Source of the DNA: Escherichia coli
Lineage (GTDB): Bacteria; Pseudomonadota; Gammaproteobacteria; Enterobacterales; Enterobacteriaceae
DNA: 64,000 nt
Reading direction: 5' to 3' (one strand)
Assembly: GCF_045037415.1 (NCBI RefSeq)
Contig: NZ_CP173438.1
The position numbers and the translations under genes are program-made. Positions 50,691 through 63,549 of this stretch are shown piece by piece. Within the stretch, counting starts at the first letter, position 1, and each line of letters opens with the position of its first letter. Below the pieces are notes generated by a model that searched no databases, was not told the DNA's origin, and worked only from the letters and a program-made list of their open reading frames with translations.

Positions 50691-50705
50691 TTACCTGAAA
50701 GGTAA
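50691..50705. promoter_or_regulatory. Palindromic operator-like motif TTACC-TGAAA-GGTAA between antirepressor-like gene and tailspike
   Basis: Perfect copy in the divergent intergenic region. Confidence 0.55.
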
Positions 50706-50809
50706 TATCTATTCGTATTTACAGCCTTTCTATCCATATGTGGTTTTCCAGGTAATAGAATAACCAGATATGCGGCGCAACGGGTGCTGCGACTATCTGG
50801 AGATTTAAC

Positions 50810-53461
50810 ATGACGGTTTCAACCGAAGTTGACCACAACGAATACACCGGTAACGGAGCTACGACATCATTTCCGTATACCTTCCGTATTTTCAAAAAAT
50901 CCGACCTGGTTGTTCAGGTGTCTGACCTGAACGGGAACGTAACAGAATTGGTTCTGGATACTGACTACACAGTAACCAATGCTGGAGGATATAATGGCGG
51001 TAATGTAATTCTGTCGAAGGCGTTGGCTAACGGTTATCATATTTCTATATCACGAGAGCTCCCGGTTACGCAGGATACTGATTTGCGTAATCAGGGTAAG
51101 TTCTTCGCTGAGGTACATGAAGACGCGTTCGATAAACTGACAATGCTTATTCAAAAGTGTTTTTCATGGATGAGGTTAGCACTTATAAAACCAAGCATTC
51201 TGGCTAACTATTATGATGCAAAAAATAATAAGATATCAAATCTAGCAAATGCCACTGACAGAAACGATGCTGTCAATAAAGGTTATGTTGATGATCTTTT
51301 TACTGGAGGTGTAACGCCTACATCTAACAGCGCTAAAAACGATATTTTTACAAATCACCAAAGAAAGATTGTAGCTACGATGCCGCTTCTTTTTCCTGAA
51401 TATGATGCGATTATGGCTGCTAACCCGTCAGCAACTTATATGTATCCTCAAGGATTCTGCGTTAGCGAAGATTTGATATACATCACTTATCCATTTGAGC
51501 CTAAACAGACGAATAATGTCGTCGCAGTATTTAACATATCTGGTATTTATCAAGGTTATTTCTATGTTCAGGCTGGCGGCCCAGGCTTCGCTGCTGAAGG
51601 AATCGTGGTTACGTCAGACTATGGCCCCAAAAAAATGTTTGTTGGTCACACAAACGGAATACTGCGTGAATTTAATATGGAGGGGGCATTATACGGAAGC
51701 AATCTGCCTCTTGTACAAAACCATGATGTTGGATTATTCAACCAGTTCAGCTACAGAAGAGGTATATGGCTCGTTGAGCAGAATGCGCCAGAAGTAGGAC
51801 AGAAAATCACAAGAACTGTACTTGCAGTGTTCGACAGTGGTTTCAATCGCCTGTCAACTATAACGCTGCCGTTACATGATGTTGGGTATGTAACTAAAAG
51901 CACCTCACCTTATGCGCCTTATTTCAACAAGCGTCAGGGTATTGCGGTAGGTGATAACTACTTTGTCTGCGGCTATGGCGGCTTCATAGCTGATGGGGCA
52001 GGAAGCGCAGGATATAACGAATATCAGGGCAGCAAAGTTTTTAACCCTGACGGTACAAAGCGAACTGAATCAATGCTTCATCCTCAGGCCATGATGGATT
52101 TAATGAAAGCCGCAGGATTGAACGTCACTCGCATAGAAAATGAAGGCGTTTGTGTTTCTCAGGATGGAAAATCCATTTATTCACTTTACATTCATCAGGA
52201 AAGAACTGGCTCTGAACCTTACAATTCAGGTTTGGTTATTTTCGAAGATTTCTCCACTGATAAAGATGCTATCGATTTTACACCTGCATCCAGGCTTTAC
52301 CGCGGATTTGATATCGATCACGCGAGCATTGGGGTATATCCCCGTAGTGCGAAGGGGATTGTTAACCCTGTAGATGGTACGTTGTTCACTAACATGACTG
52401 AAATTCTTCGCTATATGCAGGAGATGAGTCAGAAGGCATTTAATTTTTACACAGGGACTGTCAGCATTGCTGATATATCTGGCGTGGCAATCCCTTCCAG
52501 CACATATGTTGAAATACTGAATGCGAATAATCAGACTTTTATAGTCAACTATTATTCATCTGATAGTGGCATTAGTTATTTGGTTGCAACTAATCCTTCT
52601 GGTGACTTTGTATTTGTGCGCCAGCGACCGGCACAGTGGGCATCTAACTTAACCATTCAGCAAAACGCAGATCCTGATACAAACCAATTAAACCGCATCA
52701 CTGCATCATCATATGCCGGTGCAACTACAAACTCTCAGAAAATATTGGTCCTTGACCAGCAGGCTACAGCTAGCGCAAATAGCTTGGTATTGGGCGGTAG
52801 TTCTTCTGTGTTTAGGTCTGCCACCACGGTGGATATTGCATGCAACAGCGACCCGACAGCATTGGGAGGAACCATACGCTGGCGGTTTTATGATACAGGT
52901 CTTCGCCCGTTTGCTGACAATACCTATAATTTTGGTCAGGCATCGTTTCGTATTAAAGACGCCTACTTTGCAAATGCCCCAACCGTTTCATCAGATGCCA
53001 CGCTGAAAACCAATCCCGAGGCAATATCAGATTTAAGTGAAATGCTTTCTTCTGATAGAGACAGCATTCTTGATGCCTGGGGCGATATTTCTGTTGTGGC
53101 GTATCGATGGCTCGACGCTATATCCATGAAGGGCGATGGTGCCAGATGGCATTTTGGCGTCATGGCTCAGCAGGTAAGGGATGTATTCTTGGCGCACGGA
53201 ATTGATGGAACCAGATTTGGCCTTCTTTGCTATGACGAGTGGGATGATATTTTTGAGCCGGTAATCGCGACTAAAGAGATTACCGATACGTCTGGTGAGT
53301 TGGTCACCGTCGAATATGACACCGGAGAACAGAGGCTGGTTAAAAAAGCGGGTAGTTCATGGGGTATACGGCCTGACCAGTGCGCTTGGCTTGAGGCTGC
53401 ATATCAGCGCCGTCGATGCGATCGTATTGAAGAGCGACTCGAACTATTGGAATCAAAATAA
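50810..53461 (+). CDS. Tailspike / tail fiber with C-terminal intramolecular chaperone (peptidase S74-like) domain
   Basis: 883 aa; conserved phage fiber N-terminal anchor (..YTGNGATTSFPYTFRIF..); C-terminal ..DAWGDISVVAYRWLDAI..GDGARWHFGVMAQQVRDVF.. matches auto-cleaving chaperone domains of tailspikes as recalled. Confidence 0.8.
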   Translation: MTVSTEVDHNEYTGNGATTSFPYTFRIFKKSDLVVQVSDLNGNVTELVLDTDYTVTNAGGYNGGNVILSKALANGYHISISRELPVTQDTDLRNQGKFFAEVHEDAFDKLTMLIQKCFSWMRLALIKPSILANYYDAKNNKISNLANATDRNDAVNKGYVDDLFTGGVTPTSNSAKNDIFTNHQRKIVATMPLLFPEYDAIMAANPSATYMYPQGFCVSEDLIYITYPFEPKQTNNVVAVFNISGIYQGYFYVQAGGPGFAAEGIVVTSDYGPKKMFVGHTNGILREFNMEGALYGSNLPLVQNHDVGLFNQFSYRRGIWLVEQNAPEVGQKITRTVLAVFDSGFNRLSTITLPLHDVGYVTKSTSPYAPYFNKRQGIAVGDNYFVCGYGGFIADGAGSAGYNEYQGSKVFNPDGTKRTESMLHPQAMMDLMKAAGLNVTRIENEGVCVSQDGKSIYSLYIHQERTGSEPYNSGLVIFEDFSTDKDAIDFTPASRLYRGFDIDHASIGVYPRSAKGIVNPVDGTLFTNMTEILRYMQEMSQKAFNFYTGTVSIADISGVAIPSSTYVEILNANNQTFIVNYYSSDSGISYLVATNPSGDFVFVRQRPAQWASNLTIQQNADPDTNQLNRITASSYAGATTNSQKILVLDQQATASANSLVLGGSSSVFRSATTVDIACNSDPTALGGTIRWRFYDTGLRPFADNTYNFGQASFRIKDAYFANAPTVSSDATLKTNPEAISDLSEMLSSDRDSILDAWGDISVVAYRWLDAISMKGDGARWHFGVMAQQVRDVFLAHGIDGTRFGLLCYDEWDDIFEPVIATKEITDTSGELVTVEYDTGEQRLVKKAGSSWGIRPDQCAWLEAAYQRRRCDRIEERLELLESK

Positions 53462-53558
53462 GACCAAATTTAGGTAATTATTATCCGTAAATGGTTTATT
53501 GTGTATGATGGACCTCATCTTCTAAGGGGGTTTTTATGCACAATAAACGGTGGTTACC

Positions 53559-53960
53559 ATGAATGGCACGGTTACGGCGGATTCACTGAATCAAGGGTTA
53601 AGCTTGGGTGCGCTGGCCTCTGTCGTCTACGGCGTTCCGCCAGAGGTGGCTCTCGGTGCTCTGGCTGGTGCGGTAATATTTGTTACCTCTGCTGTAGAGT
53701 ATCCTGTTCGTCGTCGTGTACTCTTGTCGATACTCAGCTTTCTTTGTGGTCTTCTCTTTTACAAACCAACAACATCAATTCTTATCGGAATAGCCAGCAT
53801 GATACCTACCATCACGCAGGACTCTTTCGAGAAAGGGATTGTTTTCTCTGCTGGCGCATTCGTGTCAGCAATTGTCGCAGTGCGAATTGGTATATGGCTC
53901 TATCACCGTTCTGATAATCCACGCCAGTTAATTCCTGGGAGAAAAGGCGATGGTAACTAA
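53559..53960 (+). CDS. Holin-like membrane protein
   Basis: Multiple predicted TM segments; first gene of the lysis cassette; short leader ORF upstream. Confidence 0.45.
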   Translation: MNGTVTADSLNQGLSLGALASVVYGVPPEVALGALAGAVIFVTSAVEYPVRRRVLLSILSFLCGLLFYKPTTSILIGIASMIPTITQDSFEKGIVFSAGAFVSAIVAVRIGIWLYHRSDNPRQLIPGRKGDGN

Positions 53961-54258
53961 TGAGCTTGTTTTGCTTATCACCAATGCAATTATTTGTACT
54001 GGCATAGCAATTCGCGTTGTCACATTCCGGCGTAACGGCTCTCAACATCGAAGATGGGGAGGGTGGCTTGCTTATTTCCTTATTGTTGCTGCGGCCAGTA
54101 TTCCTGTTCGTGTCGCCTATGCAATCTGGTTACGTACGCCAATGGCTGTGGATTTATCTGAGGTCATTATCAACGCTGTCATGCTTGCCGCGGTTATTAA
54201 AACACGCGGTAACGTTGTTCAGATTTTCAAAACATCGAGGTCTAAACATGGAGATTAA
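53950..54258 (+). CDS. Holin-like membrane protein 2
   Basis: 102 aa with 2-3 hydrophobic segments and charged C-terminus; immediately upstream of endolysin. Confidence 0.5.
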   Translation: MVTNELVLLITNAIICTGIAIRVVTFRRNGSQHRRWGGWLAYFLIVAAASIPVRVAYAIWLRTPMAVDLSEVIINAVMLAAVIKTRGNVVQIFKTSRSKHGD

Positions 54259-54877
54259 ACAATTCCAGCGAGCTGCTGGTATTAGCGAGGCTCTGGCCGC
54301 ACGCTGGTTCTCGCATATAACTTCTGCGATGAAAGAGTTTGGTATCAGAAAACCCGAAGATCAGGCAATGTTTATTGCTCAGGTCGGGCATGAGTCTGGT
54401 GGCTTCACCAGGTTGCAGGAGAATTTCAATTACAGCGTCACCGGACTGGCTAACTTCGTTCGTGCCGGTCGTCTTACTCAGGGACAGGCTAACGCATTGG
54501 GTCGTCGTGCAGGCGAGCCACCATTGCCACCTGAGCGCCAGCGTGCGATTGCCAATCTGGTGTACAGCAAACGCATGGGGAACAATGCCTCTGGTGATGG
54601 CTGGAATTACCGTGGCCGCGGACTTATCCAGATTACCGGTTTGAATAACTATCGTGATTGCGGAAACGGCCTGAAAGTGGACCTGCTGGAGAATCCTGAA
54701 CTGTTGGCGCAGGACGAATACGCGGCTCGTAGCGCGGCGTGGTTCTTCTCCAGCAAAGGTTGCATGAAGTATACCGGCGATATTGCACGTGTAACTCTGA
54801 TTATCAATGGTGGCAGGAATGGCATCGACGACCGGCGCGTGCGGTACATCACTGCCAGTAAGGTGCTGGCGGTATGA
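54248..54877 (+). CDS. Endolysin, glycoside hydrolase family 19 (chitinase-like)
   Basis: ..[28 protein letters not shown].. GH19 signature; start at MEIKQFQ (the ORF-track 54017 start is an upstream extension). Confidence 0.85.
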   Translation: MEIKQFQRAAGISEALAARWFSHITSAMKEFGIRKPEDQAMFIAQVGHESGGFTRLQENFNYSVTGLANFVRAGRLTQGQANALGRRAGEPPLPPERQRAIANLVYSKRMGNNASGDGWNYRGRGLIQITGLNNYRDCGNGLKVDLLENPELLAQDEYAARSAAWFFSSKGCMKYTGDIARVTLIINGGRNGIDDRRVRYITASKVLAV

Positions 54878-55371
54878 TCTGGGCATTCGCAAAAGCATAC
54901 CGGAAACAGTTGGTTGTCATGGCGATGCTTGCTGTTCTGGTCATATCAGGAGTTGTTGCCTGGAATGTGCATGGCAGCCGCCAGTACGATGCCGGGTATG
55001 CTCAGGCGAAGGAAGATCAGAAACAGGCTGATGATAAGTTAAGGTCACAGCGTGAGCAGGAGAAAACACAAATTGAACGTGAAGCACAATCCCGTATCGA
55101 TGCGGCGCGTGCTGATGCTGAGTATGCTAATTCCGCTGCTGACAGCATGCGCGCCGAGCTTGACAAAACCAGGCGGCTCGCCGAACACTATACCGGATCT
55201 TTCCCCCCTGGCACGCCAGCCAGCAAGGTCATCGGTGTGCTCGCCGACATGCTTGAAGAAAGCAACCGAGTTTACAACGCAACAGCAGCTGAGGCTGAAA
55301 AGTATCGTATCGCAGGGGAATTCTGCGAGCAGCAATACGATTCACTGAAGAAGCAAAAATCGTGGCACTGA
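54874..55371 (+). CDS. Spanin inner-membrane subunit (Rz-like)
   Basis: N-terminal TM helix followed by charged coiled-coil region; follows endolysin. Confidence 0.65.
   Translation: MIWAFAKAYRKQLVVMAMLAVLVISGVVAWNVHGSRQYDAGYAQAKEDQKQADDKLRSQREQEKTQIEREAQSRIDAARADAEYANSAADSMRAELDKTRRLAEHYTGSFPPGTPASKVIGVLADMLEESNRVYNATAAEAEKYRIAGEFCEQQYDSLKKQKSWH
55100..55348 (+). CDS. Spanin outer-membrane lipoprotein subunit (Rz1-like), embedded in the +1 frame of Rz
   Basis: Lipobox LLTAC, Pro-rich mature region; start uncertain (55100 or 55115). Confidence 0.5.
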   Translation: MRRVLMLSMLIPLLTACAPSLTKPGGSPNTIPDLSPLARQPARSSVCSPTCLKKATEFTTQQQLRLKSIVSQGNSASSNTIH

Positions 55372-55458
55372 TTTCCGGTGACGGTATATAAAACGGTACG
55401 GTGAAAATCAGGTTACAGAAAGTTGTTACCAGTCAATTGGTTATGCATGCCGTAAATA

Positions 55459-55475
55459 ATTGAGTGGGAATGATT
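55459..55475. repeat. attR core (17-bp direct repeat)
   Basis: Identical to 15455-15471; followed by host-type guaA-distal sequence and terminator. Confidence 0.8.
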
Positions 55476-55501
55476 TGACCCTGCACTATGAATGAACAAA
55501 A

Positions 55502-55527
55502 CCCTCTGTTACTACAGAGGGTTTTTT
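55502..55527 (+). terminator. Rho-independent terminator (native guaA terminator displaced to attR)
   Basis: ccctctg-ttacta-cagaggg plus TTTTTT. Confidence 0.65.
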
Positions 55528-55565
55528 ATCCTAAAGAATTATAGGTTTGAAGTTACTAACATCGT

Positions 55566-56105
55566 TTAGTTAAACCAGCTATCTGATTTATTCTCTTCTG
55601 CTTTACCCACGCTTTTCATCAGATCGCGACCGCCTTCAGTCATATTTCTGTTTGCGTCAGCTTCAGATTGCACCACATCGGTTTGCGCAGCTTTGTGCTT
55701 CAGTTCCTGATCGATAAATTCGTTTTCGCGCTTAACGCGGGCTTCTTCTTTCGCCAGCGCCAGTTTTTGTTTCTGAATCTCTAAGCTACGTAGCTCATCT
55801 TCATAACTTTGATCGCGTTTTTTGTCCGCAGTGGCTTCGGCGTCCAGTTTATCCTGACGAGCTTTCTTATTCGCTGCTGCCGTTGCCGCTCTTTTATTAG
55901 CCGCGGCCTGGGCGTTTGCGCGACGTTGCTTCTCTTGCTGGATTTCCCTGTTGCGCTCCGCGACCCATTCGTCATGCTGCCTTTGCTCTTCATTTTTACC
56001 TTGCTGTTCCGCTTCTGCGACAGCCGAGAGTTGATCCTGCAATGATGAGGCGATAGCCGGATAGCTTAAGGAGGCTAAGATGGCGCAAAGAAAAACTTTC
56101 TTCAT
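55566..56105 (-). CDS. yfgI: YfgI (periplasmic protein, signal peptide, Lys/Ala/Gln-rich)
   Basis: 179 aa MKKVFLCAILASLSYPAIASS..; conserved neighbour of guaA in E. coli. Confidence 0.8.
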   Translation of the reverse strand: MKKVFLCAILASLSYPAIASSLQDQLSAVAEAEQQGKNEEQRQHDEWVAERNREIQQEKQRRANAQAAANKRAATAAANKKARQDKLDAEATADKKRDQSYEDELRSLEIQKQKLALAKEEARVKRENEFIDQELKHKAAQTDVVQSEADANRNMTEGGRDLMKSVGKAEENKSDSWFN

Positions 56106-56120
56106 GACTCCTCCTGATTA

Positions 56121-56639
56121 TTAGCTCTTTTCAGGACATTTGGTATTTGGCTGAATACGCGTTTCGTTATACGTCGTGGTAATAACAACGGCTAAACCTG
56201 TCGTAAACTGGCACTCTTTACCCACTTGGGTGGAGGTATACACTTTGGTGCCTTCCTTATATGTTAAAGAAACACCTTCCACTAAGGTTTTATCATTCAC
56301 CATAGAACCCGCTGCCGCGCCTACAGCTCCGCCGCCAACTGCACCTGCCGTCGTTCCGGAATTGCTGCCAGACCCGACGTTGTGGCCGATAACACCGCCA
56401 GCGACAGCGCCAATAAGCGCGCCGAAGGCTTGTGCGTTCCGTTTATTTTGGGCGTTGTCTACGGCAACTTTTGCGGGAAGAATGGAAATAATATTAACGG
56501 TTTTAGTTTCTTGTTTGGTATTCAGTTGATCGGTTTGATAAACATCGGCGGCATGATCATCAGCATTTGACTGGCATCCTGCCAGAGTGAATGACGCTAA
56601 CATTGCCACAGGCAGAAGACATTTTTTAAATTTCATCAC
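56121..56639 (-). CDS. yfgH: YfgH outer-membrane lipoprotein (glycine-zipper)
   Basis: 172 aa, lipobox LAGC, Gly-rich GxxxG repeats. Confidence 0.8.
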   Translation of the reverse strand: MMKFKKCLLPVAMLASFTLAGCQSNADDHAADVYQTDQLNTKQETKTVNIISILPAKVAVDNAQNKRNAQAFGALIGAVAGGVIGHNVGSGSNSGTTAGAVGGGAVGAAAGSMVNDKTLVEGVSLTYKEGTKVYTSTQVGKECQFTTGLAVVITTTYNETRIQPNTKCPEKS

Positions 56640-56940
56640 TATTCCTTGTTATACACATTACGAAAAATAAGACATTTAAGATCATCAAAAGAGGAAAGTA
56701 AATGTATTGCGTATAAAGGAATAGATTAAATTTATTAAAATTCATGTGGGGAATAATTTATAAAAATACATCATCACAACATATGTATTAATGATGTATT
56801 TATTTCGCAGCCGAACTGCAGTCAGAACAAAGACGTAAAATTTAAGATGAAAGAATATCTGCCGCTTTGATAATCTCAAAGAGCAAAAGCATCCGACAGC
56901 GAGGTGCCGTTATGTTCTGTGAGAGTGGAGAAGGTAACCG

Positions 56941-57132
56941 CTAACGTTGTACCGGTGATTCGACGGAGAGTGTGGATTGCTGAGCTTCTTTTTTGCTCTG
57001 ATGGTGCTGCCAGGCACCGACGGACGAGTAGATAAAACGGCCAAAGAAGAAGATAAAGCTGATGAGCAGTACGATACGGGTCATGCGACTGTTAAATCGG
57101 TGTCGTTTTCGCATACTGGTTGCCTGACTCAC
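56941..57132 (-). CDS. yfgG: YfgG small membrane protein
   Basis: 63 aa MSQATSMRKRHRFNSRMTRIVLLISFIFFFGRF... Confidence 0.75.
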   Translation of the reverse strand: MSQATSMRKRHRFNSRMTRIVLLISFIFFFGRFIYSSVGAWQHHQSKKEAQQSTLSVESPVQR

Positions 57133-57483
57133 AAAAGGTTCCTTGAAGTATGTCCCACGCCGTGGACGGTACTTACATTAAGGCACAACAGGACAAAATG
57201 GTCAATTCTTCGTTATGTAAAGAAGCGTCAGTGAATACATATTTTAATGTTATGGAAGTTAATTTAATTATTTACAATGATGATGTAATAATGATGAGTT
57301 AACATGATAAACGTAATAATTCATTAATCAGGGTTATTTTGTTTGATATATATCAATTGGAACTTTCATATGACACTTAGAATCATTGCTCTCTATAGTG
57401 ATGAATAATCATCATTCGAAGTCAGGTGGGATGCCTGTCTGAATACACCTCCTTCAGGATGTGGGGGATTCTGCTGAGCATCT

Positions 57484-59727
57484 ATGAAACTGAATGCAAC
57501 TTATATAAAAATACGTGATAAATGGTGGGGGCTTCCGCTGTTCCTGCCTTCTTTAATCTTGCCCATTTTCGCCCACATTAATACTTTCGCGCATATTTCT
57601 TCCGGTGAAGTTTTTCTCTTTTATCTGCCACTGGCACTGATGATCAGCATGATGATGTTTTTCAGCTGGGCGGCATTGCCAGGGATCGCCTTAGGGATTT
57701 TTGTCCGCAAATATGCAGAGCTGGGTTTTTACGAAACGCTCTCATTAACGGCTAATTTTATTATCATTATCATTCTCTGTTGGGGCGGTTACAGGGTTTT
57801 TACCCCCCGGCGTAACAACGTTTCACATGGTGATAGCCGTTTAATTTCCCAGCGACTATTCTGGCAGATTGTGTTTCCTGCAACGCTGTTTCTGATACTT
57901 TTCCAGTTTGCTGCGTTTGTAGGGTTACTGGCGAGCAGAGAAAATCTGGTCGGCGTCATGCCCTTTAACCTCGGGACCTTAATCAATTATCAGGCCTTGC
58001 TGGTGGGTAATCTGATTGGTGTCCCGCTGTGCTACTTTATCATTCGGGTGGTGCGAAATCCGTTTTATTTACGTAGCTATTATTCGCAATTAAAACAGCA
58101 GGTTGATGCCAAAGTTACCAAAAAAGAGTTCGCAATCTGGCTACTGGCATTAGGTGCCTTATTGTTGCTGTTATGCATGCCGTTAAATGAAAAAAGCACG
58201 ATTTTTAGCACCAATTACACCTTGTCATTATTGCTGCCCCTGATGATGTGGGGAGCGATGCGCTATGGTTATAAGTTGATTTCATTGCTCTGGGCGGTCG
58301 TGTTGATGATCAGCATCCATAGCTATCAAAATTACATTCCCATTTATCCTGGCTATACCACGCAGCTGACCATAACCTCCTCCAGTTATCTGGTATTCTC
58401 TTTTATTGTCAATTATATGGCTGTACTGGCAACCCGTCAGCGAGCTGTAGTCAGACGCATTCAGCGGCTTGCGTATGTGGACCCGGTGGTTCATCTGCCA
58501 AATGTTCGCGCCCTGAATCGCGCGTTGCGTGATGCCCCCTGGTCTGCGCTATGCTATTTACACATCCCTGGCATGGAAATGCTGGTTAAGAACTATGGCA
58601 TCATGCTGCGGATTCAATACAAGCAAAAACTTTCTCACTGGCTGTCACCATTGCTGGAACCGGGTGAAGATGTTTATCAGCTTTCGGGTAACGATCTCGC
58701 GCTGCGGCTGAATACAGAATCGCACCAGGAGCGCATTACCGCACTGGATAGCCATCTCAAGCAATTTCGTTTCTTTTGGGATGGAATGCCGATGCAACCG
58801 CAGATTGGCGTCAGTTACTGCTATGTGCGCTCGCCAGTGAATCATATCTACCTGCTGCTGGGAGAGCTAAATACGGTGGCCGAACTTTCCATCGTGACCA
58901 ACGTCCCGGAAAATATGCAGCGTCGCGGAGCAATGTATTTGCAACGCGAATTGAAAGATAAAGTCGCGATGATGAATCGACTACAGCAGGCGCTGGAACA
59001 CAACCATTTTTTCCTGATGGCCCAGCCGATTACCGGTATGCGTGGTGATGTTTACCATGAAATTCTTCTGCGCATGAAGGGTGAGAATGATGAGCTGATC
59101 AGCCCCGATAGCTTCTTACCGGTCGCGCACGAATTTGGTTTATCGTCGAGTATCGACATGTGGGTCATTGAGCATACGCTGCAATTTATGGCTGAAAACA
59201 GAGCGAAGATGCCCGCTCACCGTTTTGCTATTAATCTGTCTCCAACCTCGGTATGTCAGGCTCGTTTTCCTGTTGAAGTCAGTCAGCTGCTGGCTAAATA
59301 TCAGATTGAAGCGTGGCAACTTATTTTTGAAGTCACCGAAAGTAATGCTCTGACCAATGTTAAGCAGGCGCAAATCACCTTGCAGCATCTTCAGGAATTA
59401 GGCTGCCAGATTGCGATTGATGATTTCGGCACCGGCTACGCCAGCTATGCGCGGCTTAAAAATGTGAATGCCGATCTGCTTAAAATTGACGGCAGTTTTA
59501 TCCGCAATATTGTGTCAAATAGTCTGGATTATCAGATAGTGGCGTCGATTTGCCACCTGGCGCGAATGAAGAAAATGCGGGTAGTGGCAGAGTACGTTGA
59601 AAACGAAGAGATCCGCGAGGCGGTGCTCTCTTTGGGGATCGATTATATGCAGGGTTATCTTATTGGTAAGCCGCAACCGTTAATTGATACGCTGAATGAA
59701 ATCGAACCCATTCGCGAAAGTGCCTGA
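57484..59727 (+). CDS. pdeF: Cyclic-di-GMP phosphodiesterase PdeF (YfgF), MASE1 membrane domain plus EAL domain
   Basis: 747 aa; N-terminal multi-TM region, C-terminal EAL domain (..QPITGMRGDVYHEILLRM..). Confidence 0.85.
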   Translation: MKLNATYIKIRDKWWGLPLFLPSLILPIFAHINTFAHISSGEVFLFYLPLALMISMMMFFSWAALPGIALGIFVRKYAELGFYETLSLTANFIIIIILCWGGYRVFTPRRNNVSHGDSRLISQRLFWQIVFPATLFLILFQFAAFVGLLASRENLVGVMPFNLGTLINYQALLVGNLIGVPLCYFIIRVVRNPFYLRSYYSQLKQQVDAKVTKKEFAIWLLALGALLLLLCMPLNEKSTIFSTNYTLSLLLPLMMWGAMRYGYKLISLLWAVVLMISIHSYQNYIPIYPGYTTQLTITSSSYLVFSFIVNYMAVLATRQRAVVRRIQRLAYVDPVVHLPNVRALNRALRDAPWSALCYLHIPGMEMLVKNYGIMLRIQYKQKLSHWLSPLLEPGEDVYQLSGNDLALRLNTESHQERITALDSHLKQFRFFWDGMPMQPQIGVSYCYVRSPVNHIYLLLGELNTVAELSIVTNVPENMQRRGAMYLQRELKDKVAMMNRLQQALEHNHFFLMAQPITGMRGDVYHEILLRMKGENDELISPDSFLPVAHEFGLSSSIDMWVIEHTLQFMAENRAKMPAHRFAINLSPTSVCQARFPVEVSQLLAKYQIEAWQLIFEVTESNALTNVKQAQITLQHLQELGCQIAIDDFGTGYASYARLKNVNADLLKIDGSFIRNIVSNSLDYQIVASICHLARMKKMRVVAEYVENEEIREAVLSLGIDYMQGYLIGKPQPLIDTLNEIEPIRESA

Positions 59728-59765
59728 ATAATGCGGGCCGACATTTCTCGTCGGCCCGCAAAGCA

Positions 59766-63378
<3,613 letters not shown>

Positions 63379-63549
63379 TACCACTTTTACTCCGTTTTAT
63401 TCACGGGACACTGCCTGGATATTATGGCGAGCAATATTGGCAGATGTCCAACTATGCCAGAAAAGGGGGAAAAAAACTGCTGGAGCTTGCGATTTACAGG
63501 TGAATTGAAAAACGCCAGCGGCAGAGCTGGCGCTTTAACTACGGGGGCA

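Larger units (their letters stand above)
15455..55475. mobile_element. Integrated prophage (~40 kb), mosaic lambdoid early region plus podovirus-type structural module, inserted at the 3' end of guaA
   Basis: 17-bp direct repeat attgagtgggaatgatt at 15455-15471 and 55459-55475; integrase immediately inside attL; complete replication, packaging, morphogenesis and lysis modules between the repeats; host genes guaA and yfgI flank it. Confidence 0.9.

Noticed and set aside
50615-50737. N-terminal extension of the small antirepressor-like ORF
   Set aside because: The extension spans the LexA box and promoter; homology to the paralog starts at MQQYHYPL.
53461-53490. Possible extra operator copy (ttaggtaattattatccgtaa)
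   Set aside because: Only one half-site matches; not a TTACC-N5-GGTAA palindrome.
54017-54247. Upstream extension of the endolysin ORF
   Set aside because: Overlaps the second holin-like gene in another frame; GH19 homology begins at MEIKQFQ with its own start.
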